Source: an uncultured Bacilli bacterium
Lineage (GTDB): Bacteria; Bacillota_I; Bacilli_A; RF39; UBA660
Length of the DNA: 64,000 bases
Direction: 5' to 3'
Assembly (NCBI GenBank): GCA_934130405.1
Contig: CAKOXX010000002.1
Location: 28,100-92,099, forward strand
The position numbers and the translations under genes were made by a program. This document shows, in pieces, positions 1-10,643 of the stretch (position 1 is its first letter; the number at the start of each line of letters is the position of its first letter). The notes beneath the pieces were generated by a model that worked only from the letters and a program-made list of their open reading frames with translations, was not told the DNA's origin and ran no database searches.

Positions 1-1
1 T

Positions 2-715
2 TATGAATCAATGAAAGAATTAAAAGAGGAAGGTTTGAAAAGTCGAACAGTAATTACTATTAGTAATAATGATTATTATCCTAAATATAGTTATGCAATT
101 GATGGATTTTACGAAATGGCTAGTAATGGTACTAATCTTGGTTTCCTAGTTTTACCAGATGAAGCTTTAGATAATGCTAGTCCTTATAAATACTTTAAAT
201 TAGCAAATTATAAAGAAGATAAAGAAAAAACAGAAAAGATGATAAATAATCTTATGAAGACTGATTCTTTTTCTAATACTATTTTAAGTTTTAATACTAA
301 AGAAGATATTTATGCTTCTAGTATTGGTATTGGAGCATTAGTAACCTTTATTGGTCTTTATCTAGGAATTATTTTCTTAATATCTTGTGCTGCCATCCTT
401 GCTTTAAAAGAGTTATCAGAGTCAAGTGATAATAAAATGCGCTATAACATCTTGCGTAAAATAGGTGCTAGTGAAGAGATGGTAAATAAAGCTTTATTTA
501 AACAAATAGGTATTTTCTTCTTATTACCATTATCTTTAGCTGTTATTCATTCGGTCTTTGGTATTATGTTCTGCAATAAAATTCTTGTTTTAGTAGGGGT
601 CAATGTTAAGATATCTTCTATTATCATAACGGCATTATTTATTGTTTTAATCTATGAAAGTTATTTCTTACTAACATATTATTGTAGTAAAAATATTATT
701 AAAGATAAAAACTAA
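2..715 (+). CDS. ABC transporter permease, FtsX-like C-terminal part (5' end outside window)
   Basis: ORF open to the window edge; C-terminal multi-helix hydrophobic region typical of BceB/FtsX-type permeases. Confidence 0.55.
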   Translation, partial: YESMKELKEEGLKSRTVITISNNDYYPKYSYAIDGFYEMASNGTNLGFLVLPDEALDNASPYKYFKLANYKEDKEKTEKMINNLMKTDSFSNTILSFNTKEDIYASSIGIGALVTFIGLYLGIIFLISCAAILALKELSESSDNKMRYNILRKIGASEEMVNKALFKQIGIFFLLPLSLAVIHSVFGIMFCNKILVLVGVNVKISSIIITALFIVLIYESYFLLTYYCSKNIIKDKN

Positions 716-734
716 TTTATTACTAAAAAAAATA

Positions 735-772
735 GTCCTATCTATATCAAGTAGATAGGATTATTTGATTTT
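735..772 (+). terminator. rho-independent terminator-like hairpin (TCCTATCTA..TAGATAGGA) followed by TTTGATTTT
   Basis: perfect 9-bp inverted repeat just after the stop of the permease gene. Confidence 0.5.
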
Positions 773-880
773 AACTTTTTGATTAAGCATTCTATTATCG
801 CATTCCTTTGCAAGTATTAAACTACTGATAAAGAAAAGAACTAAACCCAATATAAAAATTAGTAAAAGTAATTCTAACAT
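761..880 (-). CDS. possible 39-aa hydrophobic small membrane peptide (MLELLLLIFILGLVLFFISSLILAKECDNRMLNQKVKIK)
   Basis: ATG preceded by GGAGGT at 7-nt spacing on the minus strand; below the ORF-track length cutoff; no homology claimed. Confidence 0.2.
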   Translation of the reverse strand: MLELLLLIFILGLVLFFISSLILAKECDNRMLNQKVKIK

Positions 881-1090
881 TTAAACCTCCTGTCATAATT
901 ATTATATACAGCGTGTTATCTTTTTATTCTTACTATCATTATAAAATTCTTGATTTACGAAATTTGTCAAAAGATGTCGATAAAATATGTTTTTTCTAAA
1001 TCTTTCATTTTGGAATAAACAAAATCTACGATATACTAAAGTAGAATAGAACGAAAAGAATAGAAACTATTAAATATACTTAAATTTTAA

Positions 1091-1126
1091 TTGACAAGAT
1101 GGTAGTATTAAGTATATTATATATAG
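1091..1126 (+). promoter_or_regulatory. sigma-A-like promoter (TTGACA, 17-nt spacer, TATATT) upstream of the first capsule-locus gene
   Basis: consensus -35 and near-consensus -10 hexamers about 25 nt upstream of the start at 1147. Confidence 0.4.
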
Positions 1127-1146
1127 CGACTGGGAGGGGTAATAAT

Positions 1147-1818
1147 ATGGAAGAAATCAATCTTATGGAGTTTTTTGACTATTATTTAGCAAGAGTTGTT
1201 TATGTTCTAGCAACTATTTTTGCATTTGTACTTTTAGGCAGTATTTACAGTTTAGTTATAAAAACACCATTATATCAGAGTAGTACAACTGTTGTTTTAG
1301 CAAGAGAAAGTGACGATACACAAAAATATACGCAAAGTGATGTTTTATTAAACCAAAACTTAGTTCCAACTTATAGTAACATCATTAAAAGTCGTAGTGT
1401 ATTAAGACAAGTCATCAACAATGAAAAACTAGATTATACAACTGATGAATTATCTAGTTTAATAACTGTTTCAAGCGTTGAAAATACAGAAATAATTAAA
1501 GTAACAGTTAAAAACAAAGATAGGGAACTAGCTAAGAAAATAGCTAATGGTATTGTGCCAGTTTTCTCTAACAAAGTAAAAGGCTTCTATAACATTGATA
1601 ATGTAAGTGTCTTAGATACAGCAGAACTAGCAAGTAAACCTTGTAATATTAACTATTCAAAAGATCTTATTATTTATACAATGTTAGGTTTTGTACTATC
1701 TAGTGGTGTTATCTTTGTAATTTATTACTTTGATACAACTATCAAGAGTACATCTGATATTGAAGATAAGTTAAAATTAACTGTTTTAGGAACAGTACCA
1801 AAAGCGAATAGGGGGTAA
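1147..1818 (+). CDS. Wzz/CpsC/Cap8A-type polysaccharide co-polymerase (chain-length determinant, tyrosine-kinase modulator)
   Basis: Start moved to ATG 1147 (GGGAGGGG SD). N- and C-terminal TM helices flank a periplasmic domain. Sits immediately upstream of the BY-kinase gene as in cpsC/cpsD and ywqC/ywqD pairs. Confidence 0.75.
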   Translation: MEEINLMEFFDYYLARVVYVLATIFAFVLLGSIYSLVIKTPLYQSSTTVVLARESDDTQKYTQSDVLLNQNLVPTYSNIIKSRSVLRQVINNEKLDYTTDELSSLITVSSVENTEIIKVTVKNKDRELAKKIANGIVPVFSNKVKGFYNIDNVSVLDTAELASKPCNINYSKDLIIYTMLGFVLSSGVIFVIYYFDTTIKSTSDIEDKLKLTVLGTVPKANRG

Positions 1819-1823
1819 GTAAA

Positions 1824-2582
1824 GTGATATTTAAAAAGAAAGAATCTTTAAAACCAAAACAAGCTGATTTATTATTGAATTTAAATAAAAAGACTAGTTT
1901 TACAGAATCAATTAAGAGTATTAGAACAAACTTAGCTTTTTCTGAAGTAGATAAGAAAATGCAAGTAATATTAGTAACTTCTGCGCAACCAGGAGATGGA
2001 AAGAGTTTTATTTCTGCTAACTTAGCTCTTGCTTATAAAGATGAAGATAAGAAAGTATTATTAATTGATGCTGACTTAAGATGTGGTAGACAAAATCAAA
2101 TATTTAGAATTGTTAACTCTGCTAATAAAGGTTATTCTAACTTGATTTTAAATTATCAAGAAACTGGTACTAGTAAGAATAAGAAAACAGCACCTTTTGA
2201 TATTAAAGATTATATAGTAAAAACAAAACAAGGAATAGATTTAATTCCTAATGGACCAACACCACCTAATCCAATTGAACTATTAGCAAGTAATAATAAT
2301 GAAAAGGTAATAGCACAATTAAAGAAAATGTATGACATTATTATTATTGATTGTACACCAGTTCTTGGAATAAGTGATGCTATTGTTATGACAAAATATA
2401 GTGATGCAAACGTCTTAGTAGTTTCTAACAAGAAGACAAAATTAGAATTAGTATCAAGAGTTGAAAAGATATTTAGCCAATCGCATGCTAGCTTAACAGG
2501 AGTAGTAATTAACAAAGTTGATGTTAGTGAAGGTGGCTATTACGGATATTATTCTAATAGTTATTATGGAGAATCTGAATAG
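1824..2582 (+). CDS. CpsD/CapB-type BY tyrosine-protein kinase
   Basis: Walker A SAQPGDGKS, Walker A' LLIDADLR, C-terminal Tyr cluster GYYGYYSNSYYGESE. Confidence 0.9.
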   Translation: MIFKKKESLKPKQADLLLNLNKKTSFTESIKSIRTNLAFSEVDKKMQVILVTSAQPGDGKSFISANLALAYKDEDKKVLLIDADLRCGRQNQIFRIVNSANKGYSNLILNYQETGTSKNKKTAPFDIKDYIVKTKQGIDLIPNGPTPPNPIELLASNNNEKVIAQLKKMYDIIIIDCTPVLGISDAIVMTKYSDANVLVVSNKKTKLELVSRVEKIFSQSHASLTGVVINKVDVSEGGYYGYYSNSYYGESE

Positions 2583-3292
2583 TGAAAGATTTACATAATC
2601 ATATTTTACCAGGGTTAGATGATGGATGTAAAAGCGAAGAAGAAAGCTTGAAAATGTTAAATGACTTGATTAATAGTGGCATTAATGAAGTCGTTTTTAC
2701 ACCACATTATGTTTCTGGTACTAAATATACGGCGAATAATAAGAAAAAGAAAGAGGCTTTTCTTAAACTAAAAAAAGTCATTGAAAAGAATAAGTTACCG
2801 ATTAAAGTTTACTTAGGAAATGAGATTTTATTCTGTGATAATATTTTAGAATTACTTGATAAGGGAGAAATATTACCTATTAATAATTCTAAGAATTTAC
2901 TTATTGAATTTCCAATGATGAATTTGCCGCATAATGCAAAAAATGTCTTTGATGAATTAATAAGTGCAGGTTATAATGTAATACTCGCACATCCTGAAAG
3001 GTATTATTTCGTAAGAGAAGACATTAATATATTAAATGACTTTGTAAGTATGGGAGTGCACTTACAAGGAAATTACACGAGCTTATTTGGAAAGTATGGT
3101 AGGACAAGTAAGAAAATTTTAAAAAAGCTTTTAAAAAGAGGAATGATTGATATACTTGCTAGTGATACACATCATGAAGTAAGTGTAGATGAAGTAGCAC
3201 TAAGAAGAAAATTAAAATGGTATTTGAAAGAGGAAGAAATCAATCGACTTCTTTTTGAAAACTTTGATTTGATTGTTAATAATAAAAAATAA
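2582..3292 (+). CDS. CpsB/YwqE-type PHP-domain protein-tyrosine phosphatase (Mn-dependent)
   Basis: N-terminal DLHNHILPGLDDG signature; position after the BY-kinase gene; start overlaps the preceding stop. Confidence 0.85.
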   Translation: MKDLHNHILPGLDDGCKSEEESLKMLNDLINSGINEVVFTPHYVSGTKYTANNKKKKEAFLKLKKVIEKNKLPIKVYLGNEILFCDNILELLDKGEILPINNSKNLLIEFPMMNLPHNAKNVFDELISAGYNVILAHPERYYFVREDINILNDFVSMGVHLQGNYTSLFGKYGRTSKKILKKLLKRGMIDILASDTHHEVSVDEVALRRKLKWYLKEEEINRLLFENFDLIVNNKK

Positions 3293-3316
3293 GAACAGTA
3301 AAGAGGTATTAGGTAT

Positions 3317-3961
3317 ATGTATAAGTATGTAAAACGTGGTATAGATTTAGTAATGGCAGTATTATTATTAATAATTTTCTTAATTCCAATGTTAATCATT
3401 GCGGTATTAATTAAACTTGATAGTAAAGGACCAGTATTATTTAAACAAAAAAGAACAGGGTTAAAAGGTAAGGTATTTAATTTATATAAATTTAGAAGTA
3501 TGGTAACTGATAATGATGTTCACGATTTTAGTAAAGGTGACCAACATACAAAAGTAGGAAACATACTAAGAAAAACTAGTTTAGATGAACTTCCTCAAAT
3601 AATAAACATCTTAAAAGGAGAAATGTCTTTCATTGGTCCTCGTCCTTGGATTACAGATTATTATGATAATATGAATGAAAAACAAAGACATAGAAATGAT
3701 GTTTTACCAGGTATAACTGGATTAGCACAAGCTAAAGGAAGAAATAATATTAGTATTAATGAGAAAATTAATTATGATTTAGAGTATGTTAAAAATTATT
3801 CTTTTAGACAAGATGTAAAAATAGTATTTCTAACTATTAAGACAGTTCTTTCTAAAGAAGGAGCAGATGCTGGTAAAAATACTATTCAAAATGAATTAGA
3901 AGACTTAAAGACACAAAATCTTTCCTTAGATGATATAAGAGAAGCACAAGGTCATATATAG
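3317..3961 (+). CDS. undecaprenyl-phosphate sugar phosphotransferase (small monotopic Bac_transf / PglC-WbaP C-terminal type; priming transferase)
   Basis: single N-terminal TM, KRTGLKGKVFNLYKFRSM and DELPQIINILKGEMSFIGPRP motifs. Confidence 0.85.
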   Translation: MYKYVKRGIDLVMAVLLLIIFLIPMLIIAVLIKLDSKGPVLFKQKRTGLKGKVFNLYKFRSMVTDNDVHDFSKGDQHTKVGNILRKTSLDELPQIINILKGEMSFIGPRPWITDYYDNMNEKQRHRNDVLPGITGLAQAKGRNNISINEKINYDLEYVKNYSFRQDVKIVFLTIKTVLSKEGADAGKNTIQNELEDLKTQNLSLDDIREAQGHI

Positions 3962-4032
3962 TCATTAATCAAAGAAGAAACTGATAGAGATTAATTTTTT
4001 ACCAGTCTTTTCTTTTGTAATAATGATTTTAT

Positions 4033-4062
4033 TGACATAATAAGAAAAAAACGTATAATAAG
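4033..4062 (+). promoter_or_regulatory. internal sigma-A-like promoter (TTGACA, 16-nt spacer, TATAAT) in front of the glycosyltransferase genes
   Basis: consensus hexamers in the 130-bp gap between 3961 and 4091. Confidence 0.45.
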
Positions 4063-4090
4063 TGTAAATTTTAGAGGTGGAGGTAGTAGT

Positions 4091-4930
4091 ATGAAAAAAA
4101 TAAAATTTTCAGTTTTAATGAGTATTTATTATAAAGAAAAGCCAGCAAATTTGAAATTAGCTTTAGATAGTGTTATTAATCAAACGTATAAACCATCTGA
4201 AATTATATTAGTCGAAGATGGTCCACTTACTCAAGAGCTTGATTTATTAATTAATAATTATTGTTTGAAGTATGATTTTATTAAAATTATAAAATTGAAA
4301 AAAAATCAAGGATTAGGCAATGCACTAAATGTGGGATTAAAACATTGCAAATATGAATATGTTGCTAGAATGGATACTGATGATATTTCTTTACCTAATA
4401 GATTTGAAAAACAATTCAAATTTATAGAATCAAATCCAGAATATGATGTGATTGGCTCAAATATAATTGAATTTGATGACTCAACAAATGAGGATATTTC
4501 TGTAAGAAAAGTTCCAGAAATACATGAGGAAATAGTTAGATATTCAAAAAAAAGAAATCCAGTTAATCATGTTAGTGTTACTTTCCTAAAATCTAGTGTT
4601 TTATCAGTGGATAGTTATCAAGACTGTATGTATTTTGAAGATTATTATTTATGGATGCGAATGATAAATCGTGGATTTAAATTTTATAATGTACAAGAAA
4701 ACTTGGTTAGAGTACGCGCTGGATTGAGTTTTAGCAGTAGGAGAGGAAATTTAAAATATATTAAAAATATTATAAATTTTGAAAATAAAGTATTAAAATT
4801 AGGATTAATTCCTGTTCATTTATATTTCTATAATGTCTTTGTTAGAAGTGTTGTTTCATTAATGCCTAATAAATTAAGATATCAGTTGTATCAAAAAAAA
4901 TTAAGAAATGCAAAAATGGAAGTGAAATAA
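4091..4930 (+). CDS. glycosyltransferase family 2
   Basis: FSVLMSIYYKEKPANLKLALDSVINQTY..ILVEDG GT-A N-terminus and DxD-type motif (MDTDD). Confidence 0.8.
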   Translation: MKKIKFSVLMSIYYKEKPANLKLALDSVINQTYKPSEIILVEDGPLTQELDLLINNYCLKYDFIKIIKLKKNQGLGNALNVGLKHCKYEYVARMDTDDISLPNRFEKQFKFIESNPEYDVIGSNIIEFDDSTNEDISVRKVPEIHEEIVRYSKKRNPVNHVSVTFLKSSVLSVDSYQDCMYFEDYYLWMRMINRGFKFYNVQENLVRVRAGLSFSSRRGNLKYIKNIINFENKVLKLGLIPVHLYFYNVFVRSVVSLMPNKLRYQLYQKKLRNAKMEVK

Positions 4931-4932
4931 AA

Positions 4933-5943
4933 ATGATAAATAATAAAGTTTCAATAATTGTTCCTATTTATAATGGTGCAAAAACTTTAGAATTGTGCTT
5001 AAAATCAATTAAAAATCAAACATATAAAAATTTTGAGGTACTATTAATTGATGATGGTTCGACTGACAATTCAAGTGCAATTTGTGAGAAATACTGTAAG
5101 AATGATGAGAGATTTGTTTTGTATATGAAAGAAAATGGTGGTGTTTCGTCAGCTAGAAATTATGCACTAAAAAAAGTAACAGGAACTTATGTATCCTTTG
5201 TAGATTGTGACGATACTATAAGTGATAATTATTTAGAATTTATAATAAAACAAATGGAACTTAATAAAGCAGATATAGGAGTAGTTAAGTTTAATTTGGT
5301 TAATAACTTGACTTTGATTAATACAAAAATTAATTATGAATTTTCGATACTTGATAAGCAAAAATTTTTGATAAATCTTATAAATGGTAAAGGCTTGGCT
5401 TCTGGGTGTATTAATAAAATATATAGGAGGGATATTTTTAAAAATATTAGATTTAGAAAAGTAGCAGTGGCTGAGGATTTATATTTTAACTATGAAATAG
5501 CTGACAGCAATGATGAAATAAAAGTATTTTATTCTGAATCAAAATTGTATAATTATTATATTTCTCATAGTGGTAGTGTTATGCATGGCTCATTTTCTGA
5601 AAAAAATCTGGATGTCATAAAACAATACGAGATACTTTTGAATGAAAGTGAAAACAAATATGTTGATTTTTATTTATCATTAAAGGCTTCATATGTTTTT
5701 ATTGTAATTAAGTTACTATTGAAAATGGTTTCTTCTTCGTACTATGATGAAAAAACTTATAAATTTTGTAATAAAATTATTGATGAAAATAAAAAATATG
5801 TATTTACTTCGAAAAATTACTCGATAGTAAAAAAATTGTTTGTTATTGTTTTTAATTTAAATAAGAATATAATTGAAAAACATTATGCTAATGATGGACT
5901 TACAAAAAAAATTTGTGGATTTTTGAATGAGAAAGTGGGTTAA
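4933..5943 (+). CDS. glycosyltransferase family 2
   Basis: VSIIVPIYNGAKTLELCLKSIKNQTYKNFEVLLIDDGSTDNS. Confidence 0.8.
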   Translation: MINNKVSIIVPIYNGAKTLELCLKSIKNQTYKNFEVLLIDDGSTDNSSAICEKYCKNDERFVLYMKENGGVSSARNYALKKVTGTYVSFVDCDDTISDNYLEFIIKQMELNKADIGVVKFNLVNNLTLINTKINYEFSILDKQKFLINLINGKGLASGCINKIYRRDIFKNIRFRKVAVAEDLYFNYEIADSNDEIKVFYSESKLYNYYISHSGSVMHGSFSEKNLDVIKQYEILLNESENKYVDFYLSLKASYVFIVIKLLLKMVSSSYYDEKTYKFCNKIIDENKKYVFTSKNYSIVKKLFVIVFNLNKNIIEKHYANDGLTKKICGFLNEKVG

Positions 5944-7180
5944 TATGGTTAAAAATAAAAAAAGAATATACTTATTGTTATTACTTTTTGCTATTCTTCC
6001 TTATAATTATTTTTCAATTTTTCTAAATTCATATTCTGGAATTGTTAATGCTTTTATTTATATTGTAAGACTAATTCTATTATTTTATGTAGTTTATTAC
6101 ATTAAGAATATAGAACTTAAGAAATCAGAAAAAAAAGAATTAAAAAATATAACGGTTTATTTTGTATTTATTTTTATGTTAAATATTGTTTCTTCACTGC
6201 TGACAATAGAGTATACAAAAATTAGTAATTTGATGGTTCGTTGTTTTTCTATGTTATATATGTATTGCTTTTATGTTTATATGATTTATAATTATAAATA
6301 TTTTGATGAATTTAATGTAGTTTTAAAAAAAGTATTGTCATTTCTACTGGTTTTTAGTTTATTTTTGTATAATTTCTATCCATCTATAGGTCGCTTTTAT
6401 GAAGGATATAATGTATATCCATTAGTTGGTGTTGCAGCCAATAGAAATTCTTACTATGAATTAATGATGCCATTGATTGTCTCAATTTTTCTTTTAAATA
6501 AGCATAAAAAAATTAATATTTTTAATAAAGTATTGATTTTATTAGTTATATTGACTGTAATAATGACAAAAAGTGTCACGAGTATAATCTCTTTATTTGT
6601 ATTTTTCTTGATAATTATTTTAAGCAATAGTAAAACATTTAATGTAGTTAAAATAGCTCGCTTTTCCATAGCTTTAATATTATTAATAGACGTTATGTTT
6701 ATAGCACTTAATGTTGATTTAGGAAGAATTTCATCGTCTTTTGCAAATAAGTCAACAACTATGTCAGGTAGAACTATCATTTGGCAAAAGGCAATGTACT
6801 ATTTTAAGAAAAATCCATTATTAGGATATGGTTACGATAACAATATAATTGGTCGTACAGATAATTATATTTCTCAAGGAAATAATAGATTTCCAAATGA
6901 TACGCATAATAGCATTTTGTTTCTGCTATTGTCTTCAGGAATAATAGGAACTGTTTACTTAATTTTTATGATAATGCAATCATTGAAATTTGGAGAAATT
7001 ATATATAAGCATGATAAGAGATACGTCTATATATTTGCATATATTTTTTCAATGTTAATTAGAGGATTAACAGAATCATGTTATCATTATCCACACACAA
7101 TTTTTTTCTTATATATGATTTACACATATATAAAATATTATGAAATAAAAGAGGAGAAGGAAGAAAATGAAATCAAATAA
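5927..7180 (+). CDS. Wzy-type polysaccharide polymerase / O-antigen-ligase-like polytopic membrane protein (alternative start 5945)
   Basis: roughly 10-12 predicted TM helices with a loop-rich region near the C-terminus; sits between the GT and Wzx genes. Confidence 0.5.
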   Translation: MRKWVNMVKNKKRIYLLLLLFAILPYNYFSIFLNSYSGIVNAFIYIVRLILLFYVVYYIKNIELKKSEKKELKNITVYFVFIFMLNIVSSLLTIEYTKISNLMVRCFSMLYMYCFYVYMIYNYKYFDEFNVVLKKVLSFLLVFSLFLYNFYPSIGRFYEGYNVYPLVGVAANRNSYYELMMPLIVSIFLLNKHKKINIFNKVLILLVILTVIMTKSVTSIISLFVFFLIIILSNSKTFNVVKIARFSIALILLIDVMFIALNVDLGRISSSFANKSTTMSGRTIIWQKAMYYFKKNPLLGYGYDNNIIGRTDNYISQGNNRFPNDTHNSILFLLLSSGIIGTVYLIFMIMQSLKFGEIIYKHDKRYVYIFAYIFSMLIRGLTESCYHYPHTIFFLYMIYTYIKYYEIKEEKEENEIK

Positions 7181-8300
7181 AAAAATAGGTATATTAACTT
7201 TTCACGCATCACATAATTGTGGTTCAATGATGCAGGCATATGCTATGCAAAATTTACTTACTGAATTAGGTTATGAAAATGAAATAATTGATTTTCAAAA
7301 TGTAGGTCAAAGGGATATGTATGCAGTTATTCATAAAAAAGTGACTGTGAAGAATTTACTAAGAAATTTTGTTACAATTCTTCATTTTAAAAAAATATCT
7401 AATCAGTGGAATGATTATGAAAAATTTATGCATGATAATTTTTCTATGTCATCAAAAATGTATCATGAAACAAATGAATTAGAAGAAATTGATAGTTGTT
7501 ATTCAAAATGTATTTGTGGAGCTGATCAAATTTGGAATATTACTATTCCAGACAGTGATGATGCTTACTTCTTACCTAAAAAATATATTAATATGAAAAA
7601 GATTGCATATGCTCCAAGCTTTGGCTCAAAAAATATAAAGAAATATAGTGATAATCCTGCTAAATACAAAGAATACTTGGAAAATTTTGATTTTTTGTCA
7701 ATTAGAGAAAATAATGGTAAGAAGTGGATAAAGGAGCTAACAGGTAAAGAGGTTCCCGTTGTTTTAGATCCAACATTAATGATTGAAAAAAGTAAATATG
7801 ATGATATATGTGAAAATTCTAATGTTAAAGGAAAGTACATATTTTATTATGCTCCTTCATATTCAAGACAACTAGATAAATTTGTAAAAAAATTGAGTAA
7901 AAAATATAATCTTAAGGTTGTTGTTTGGAATGCATCAGAATATTATTTGAAATCAGAATTTATTAATGGTTTTAAATTACCTAAAAAATTCAATCCTGGT
8001 ATCTATTACGATTTAATAAATAATGCCGAGCTTGTTGTTACTACTTCGTTTCATGGAACAATTTTTTCTACTATATGTAAAAAGAAATTTTGGATTTTGA
8101 AAAATGGTGGGATGTATGGTGATGATGATCGAGTTATAACATTGATTAATCAGTTAAAAATATCTGATAGATTAATAGAACCAATATTTAATGATAACTT
8201 TGATTATCTTAGCAAAGTAGATTATTCTAAATATGATATAAATTTAAAAAAATTACAGAAACAATCTCTAGATTATTTAATTGATAGTTTAAAAAGTTAG
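7167..8300 (+). CDS. polysaccharide pyruvyl transferase family protein
   Basis: N-terminal KKIGILTFHASHNCGSMMQAYAMQ resembles the pyruvyl-transferase (CsaB/WcaK-like) signature. Confidence 0.6.
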   Translation: MKSNKKIGILTFHASHNCGSMMQAYAMQNLLTELGYENEIIDFQNVGQRDMYAVIHKKVTVKNLLRNFVTILHFKKISNQWNDYEKFMHDNFSMSSKMYHETNELEEIDSCYSKCICGADQIWNITIPDSDDAYFLPKKYINMKKIAYAPSFGSKNIKKYSDNPAKYKEYLENFDFLSIRENNGKKWIKELTGKEVPVVLDPTLMIEKSKYDDICENSNVKGKYIFYYAPSYSRQLDKFVKKLSKKYNLKVVVWNASEYYLKSEFINGFKLPKKFNPGIYYDLINNAELVVTTSFHGTIFSTICKKKFWILKNGGMYGDDDRVITLINQLKISDRLIEPIFNDNFDYLSKVDYSKYDINLKKLQKQSLDYLIDSLKS

Positions 8301-8311
8301 GAGGTAATTTA

Positions 8312-9214
8312 ATGAAAAATAAGCATGCTATTTTGATAATGGCTCATAATAATCAATTTACTTTGACTAAGATTATTAAATTGCTTGATAGTGAGTTATT
8401 TGATATATATTTGCATATTGATAAAAAAAGTAATTTGATGCCTTGTGACTTTGAAAAGTTAACTACTAAATCAAGAGTATTTGTCTACAAGGAAATAGAT
8501 GTAAGATGGGCAGATTATTCCCAGACAGAAACAGAAATGTTTTTATTAAAGAAAGCAGTTAATAAAAATTATTCTTACTATCACTTAATATCTGGTAATG
8601 ACTTTATTTTAAAAACACCTCAAGAAATATATACATACTTTGAAAATAGTAAAAAAATATTTGTTCATTTTGCTAGTGAAAAATTACCATCGAATAAGAT
8701 TCCTTGGGTAAAATATTATCATCTATTTATGCCATATTTACGAAATAATTATTTTTGGATTTTTCTTGATAAGTTAACAGTTTATGCACAAAAAATGTTT
8801 GGTGTTAATAGGTTGAAAAAAATTAAGGAAATTGAAATAATGACAGGTGCCAATTGGTTTAGTATAACTGATTCATTTGCAAAATATGTTGTTTCAAATT
8901 CTGACATTGTTGAAAAAATTTTTAAAAACACTAGAAGCTCTGATGAAATGTTTATACAAACTTTACTTTATAATTCTGATTTTTTTGAAAACATCTATGA
9001 TAAAAAATTAAATGATGATTATGATGCCTGTAAAAGATATATAAAGTGGAATGGAAATGTTCCAAAAGTTCTTGAGCTATCTGACTTAGATGAAATGATT
9101 AATTCTGATATGTTTTTTGCTAGAAAGGTAGATGAAAATTTAGATAAAGAACTTATCTGTCAATTGGACAAATATTTATCTTTGCGGAAATTAGGTGGTA
9201 ATTCTGATGAGTAA
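8312..9214 (+). CDS. putative glycosyltransferase (GT14/Branch-like, uncertain)
   Basis: AILIMAHNN ... YLHIDKKS pattern resembles bacterial GT14-like enzymes; weak assignment. Confidence 0.4.
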   Translation: MKNKHAILIMAHNNQFTLTKIIKLLDSELFDIYLHIDKKSNLMPCDFEKLTTKSRVFVYKEIDVRWADYSQTETEMFLLKKAVNKNYSYYHLISGNDFILKTPQEIYTYFENSKKIFVHFASEKLPSNKIPWVKYYHLFMPYLRNNYFWIFLDKLTVYAQKMFGVNRLKKIKEIEIMTGANWFSITDSFAKYVVSNSDIVEKIFKNTRSSDEMFIQTLLYNSDFFENIYDKKLNDDYDACKRYIKWNGNVPKVLELSDLDEMINSDMFFARKVDENLDKELICQLDKYLSLRKLGGNSDE

Positions 9215-10625
9215 TGTAAAAAAGAATTTTATATATAATATAGCCTATCAAATTTTAATGGTAATTATACCATTAATAACTGTACCAATTGTTACTAGAA
9301 GACTTGGTGCTACTAATCTTGGTATTTATTCTTATACAAACTCTATTACAAATTATTTTATGTTATTCAGTTTACTTGGAATTTCAAACTATGGTAATAG
9401 AGAAATTGCTAAGAATCGTAATGATAAAAGTAAACTTTCAAAGACTTTTTGGAGTATTTATGCTGTACAGTTTATTTTTAGTTTTATAGTATTGTTAGTT
9501 TATATATTTTATGCTATTTTTTTTAGTAAATATCGATTGATTGCAGTAATTCAAATACTTTTTATTATTTCAACAATGCTTGATATTAACTGGTTTTTCT
9601 TTGGAATAGAAAAATTCAAAACAACTGTAACTAGAAATGCAATTATTAAAATAGTTAGTCTTTTTCTTATTATATTTTTTGTTAATTGTCCAAATGATTT
9701 ATGGAAGTATACATTAATTCTTTCTTTAGGAACATTTATGAGTCAACTTGTTTTGTGGTTTTTTGTATTCAAAGAAATTAATTTTATATCGCTAAAACAA
9801 ATATCAATTAAAGAGCATATTAATGGTATAATCATATTATTTATTCCAGTTATATCATATAGTATTTATAAGTTGATGGATAAAATTATGATTGGCATGT
9901 TTACTGATGTTTCTAATGTTGCTTTTTATGAGAGCGCAGAAAAAATAATTAATGTTCCAACTCTTATTGTTGCTGCACTTGGAACTGTTATGATGCCAAG
10001 AATTTCTAATTTGATTTCTAATAATAATAGAGCTGATGCAAAAAAATATTTTGATGCTTCAATAGAGTTTGTTTTGTTTTTTTCTATTCCTGTTGTTGTT
10101 GGTTTAATTTTAGTAGGATTTGACTTATGTAAAATATACTTAGGTAATTCTTTTACCAAAAGTGGCCAATTGTTGCAATTATTGAGTATTACAGTTTTGT
10201 TTGTGTCAATCGCAAATGTTGTAAGAACTCAATATTTAATTCCCATGTCAAAAGATAAAACTTATATTATTTCAACAGTTTTAGGCGCGGTCATTAATTT
10301 TATTTTGAATATAATTTTTATACAATTAATTGGTGTAAGTGGTGCTTGTATCGGAACAATTGTAGCTGAATTAGTAGTTATGCTTTATCAAATTATTTCT
10401 ACTAGAAAAGAAATAGATTATACAAAATATTTTCATAAAGTTTTAATATTTAGTATGAAATCATTTATTATGGCAATAGTAATTATCATTTTGCGAAATT
10501 GTAATTTATTTAAAAACGATATAGTAAACTTAATTTTTGTTGTTACTTTTTCTGGCGGTGTTTATTTGTTATTGAATTATAAGTATGTATTTAGTAGTTT
10601 TTTATCATTAGTTAAAAAACAATAG
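9207..10625 (+). CDS. Wzx-type oligosaccharide flippase (MOP superfamily polysaccharide biosynthesis protein)
   Basis: ATG 9207 with AGGTGG SD; about 12-14 TM helices; N-terminal IAYQILMVIIPLITVPIVTRRLG pattern typical of Wzx. Confidence 0.8.
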   Translation: MSNVKKNFIYNIAYQILMVIIPLITVPIVTRRLGATNLGIYSYTNSITNYFMLFSLLGISNYGNREIAKNRNDKSKLSKTFWSIYAVQFIFSFIVLLVYIFYAIFFSKYRLIAVIQILFIISTMLDINWFFFGIEKFKTTVTRNAIIKIVSLFLIIFFVNCPNDLWKYTLILSLGTFMSQLVLWFFVFKEINFISLKQISIKEHINGIIILFIPVISYSIYKLMDKIMIGMFTDVSNVAFYESAEKIINVPTLIVAALGTVMMPRISNLISNNNRADAKKYFDASIEFVLFFSIPVVVGLILVGFDLCKIYLGNSFTKSGQLLQLLSITVLFVSIANVVRTQYLIPMSKDKTYIISTVLGAVINFILNIIFIQLIGVSGACIGTIVAELVVMLYQIISTRKEIDYTKYFHKVLIFSMKSFIMAIVIIILRNCNLFKNDIVNLIFVVTFSGGVYLLLNYKYVFSSFLSLVKKQ

Positions 10626-10643
10626 ATAATTGGGATAAATTGT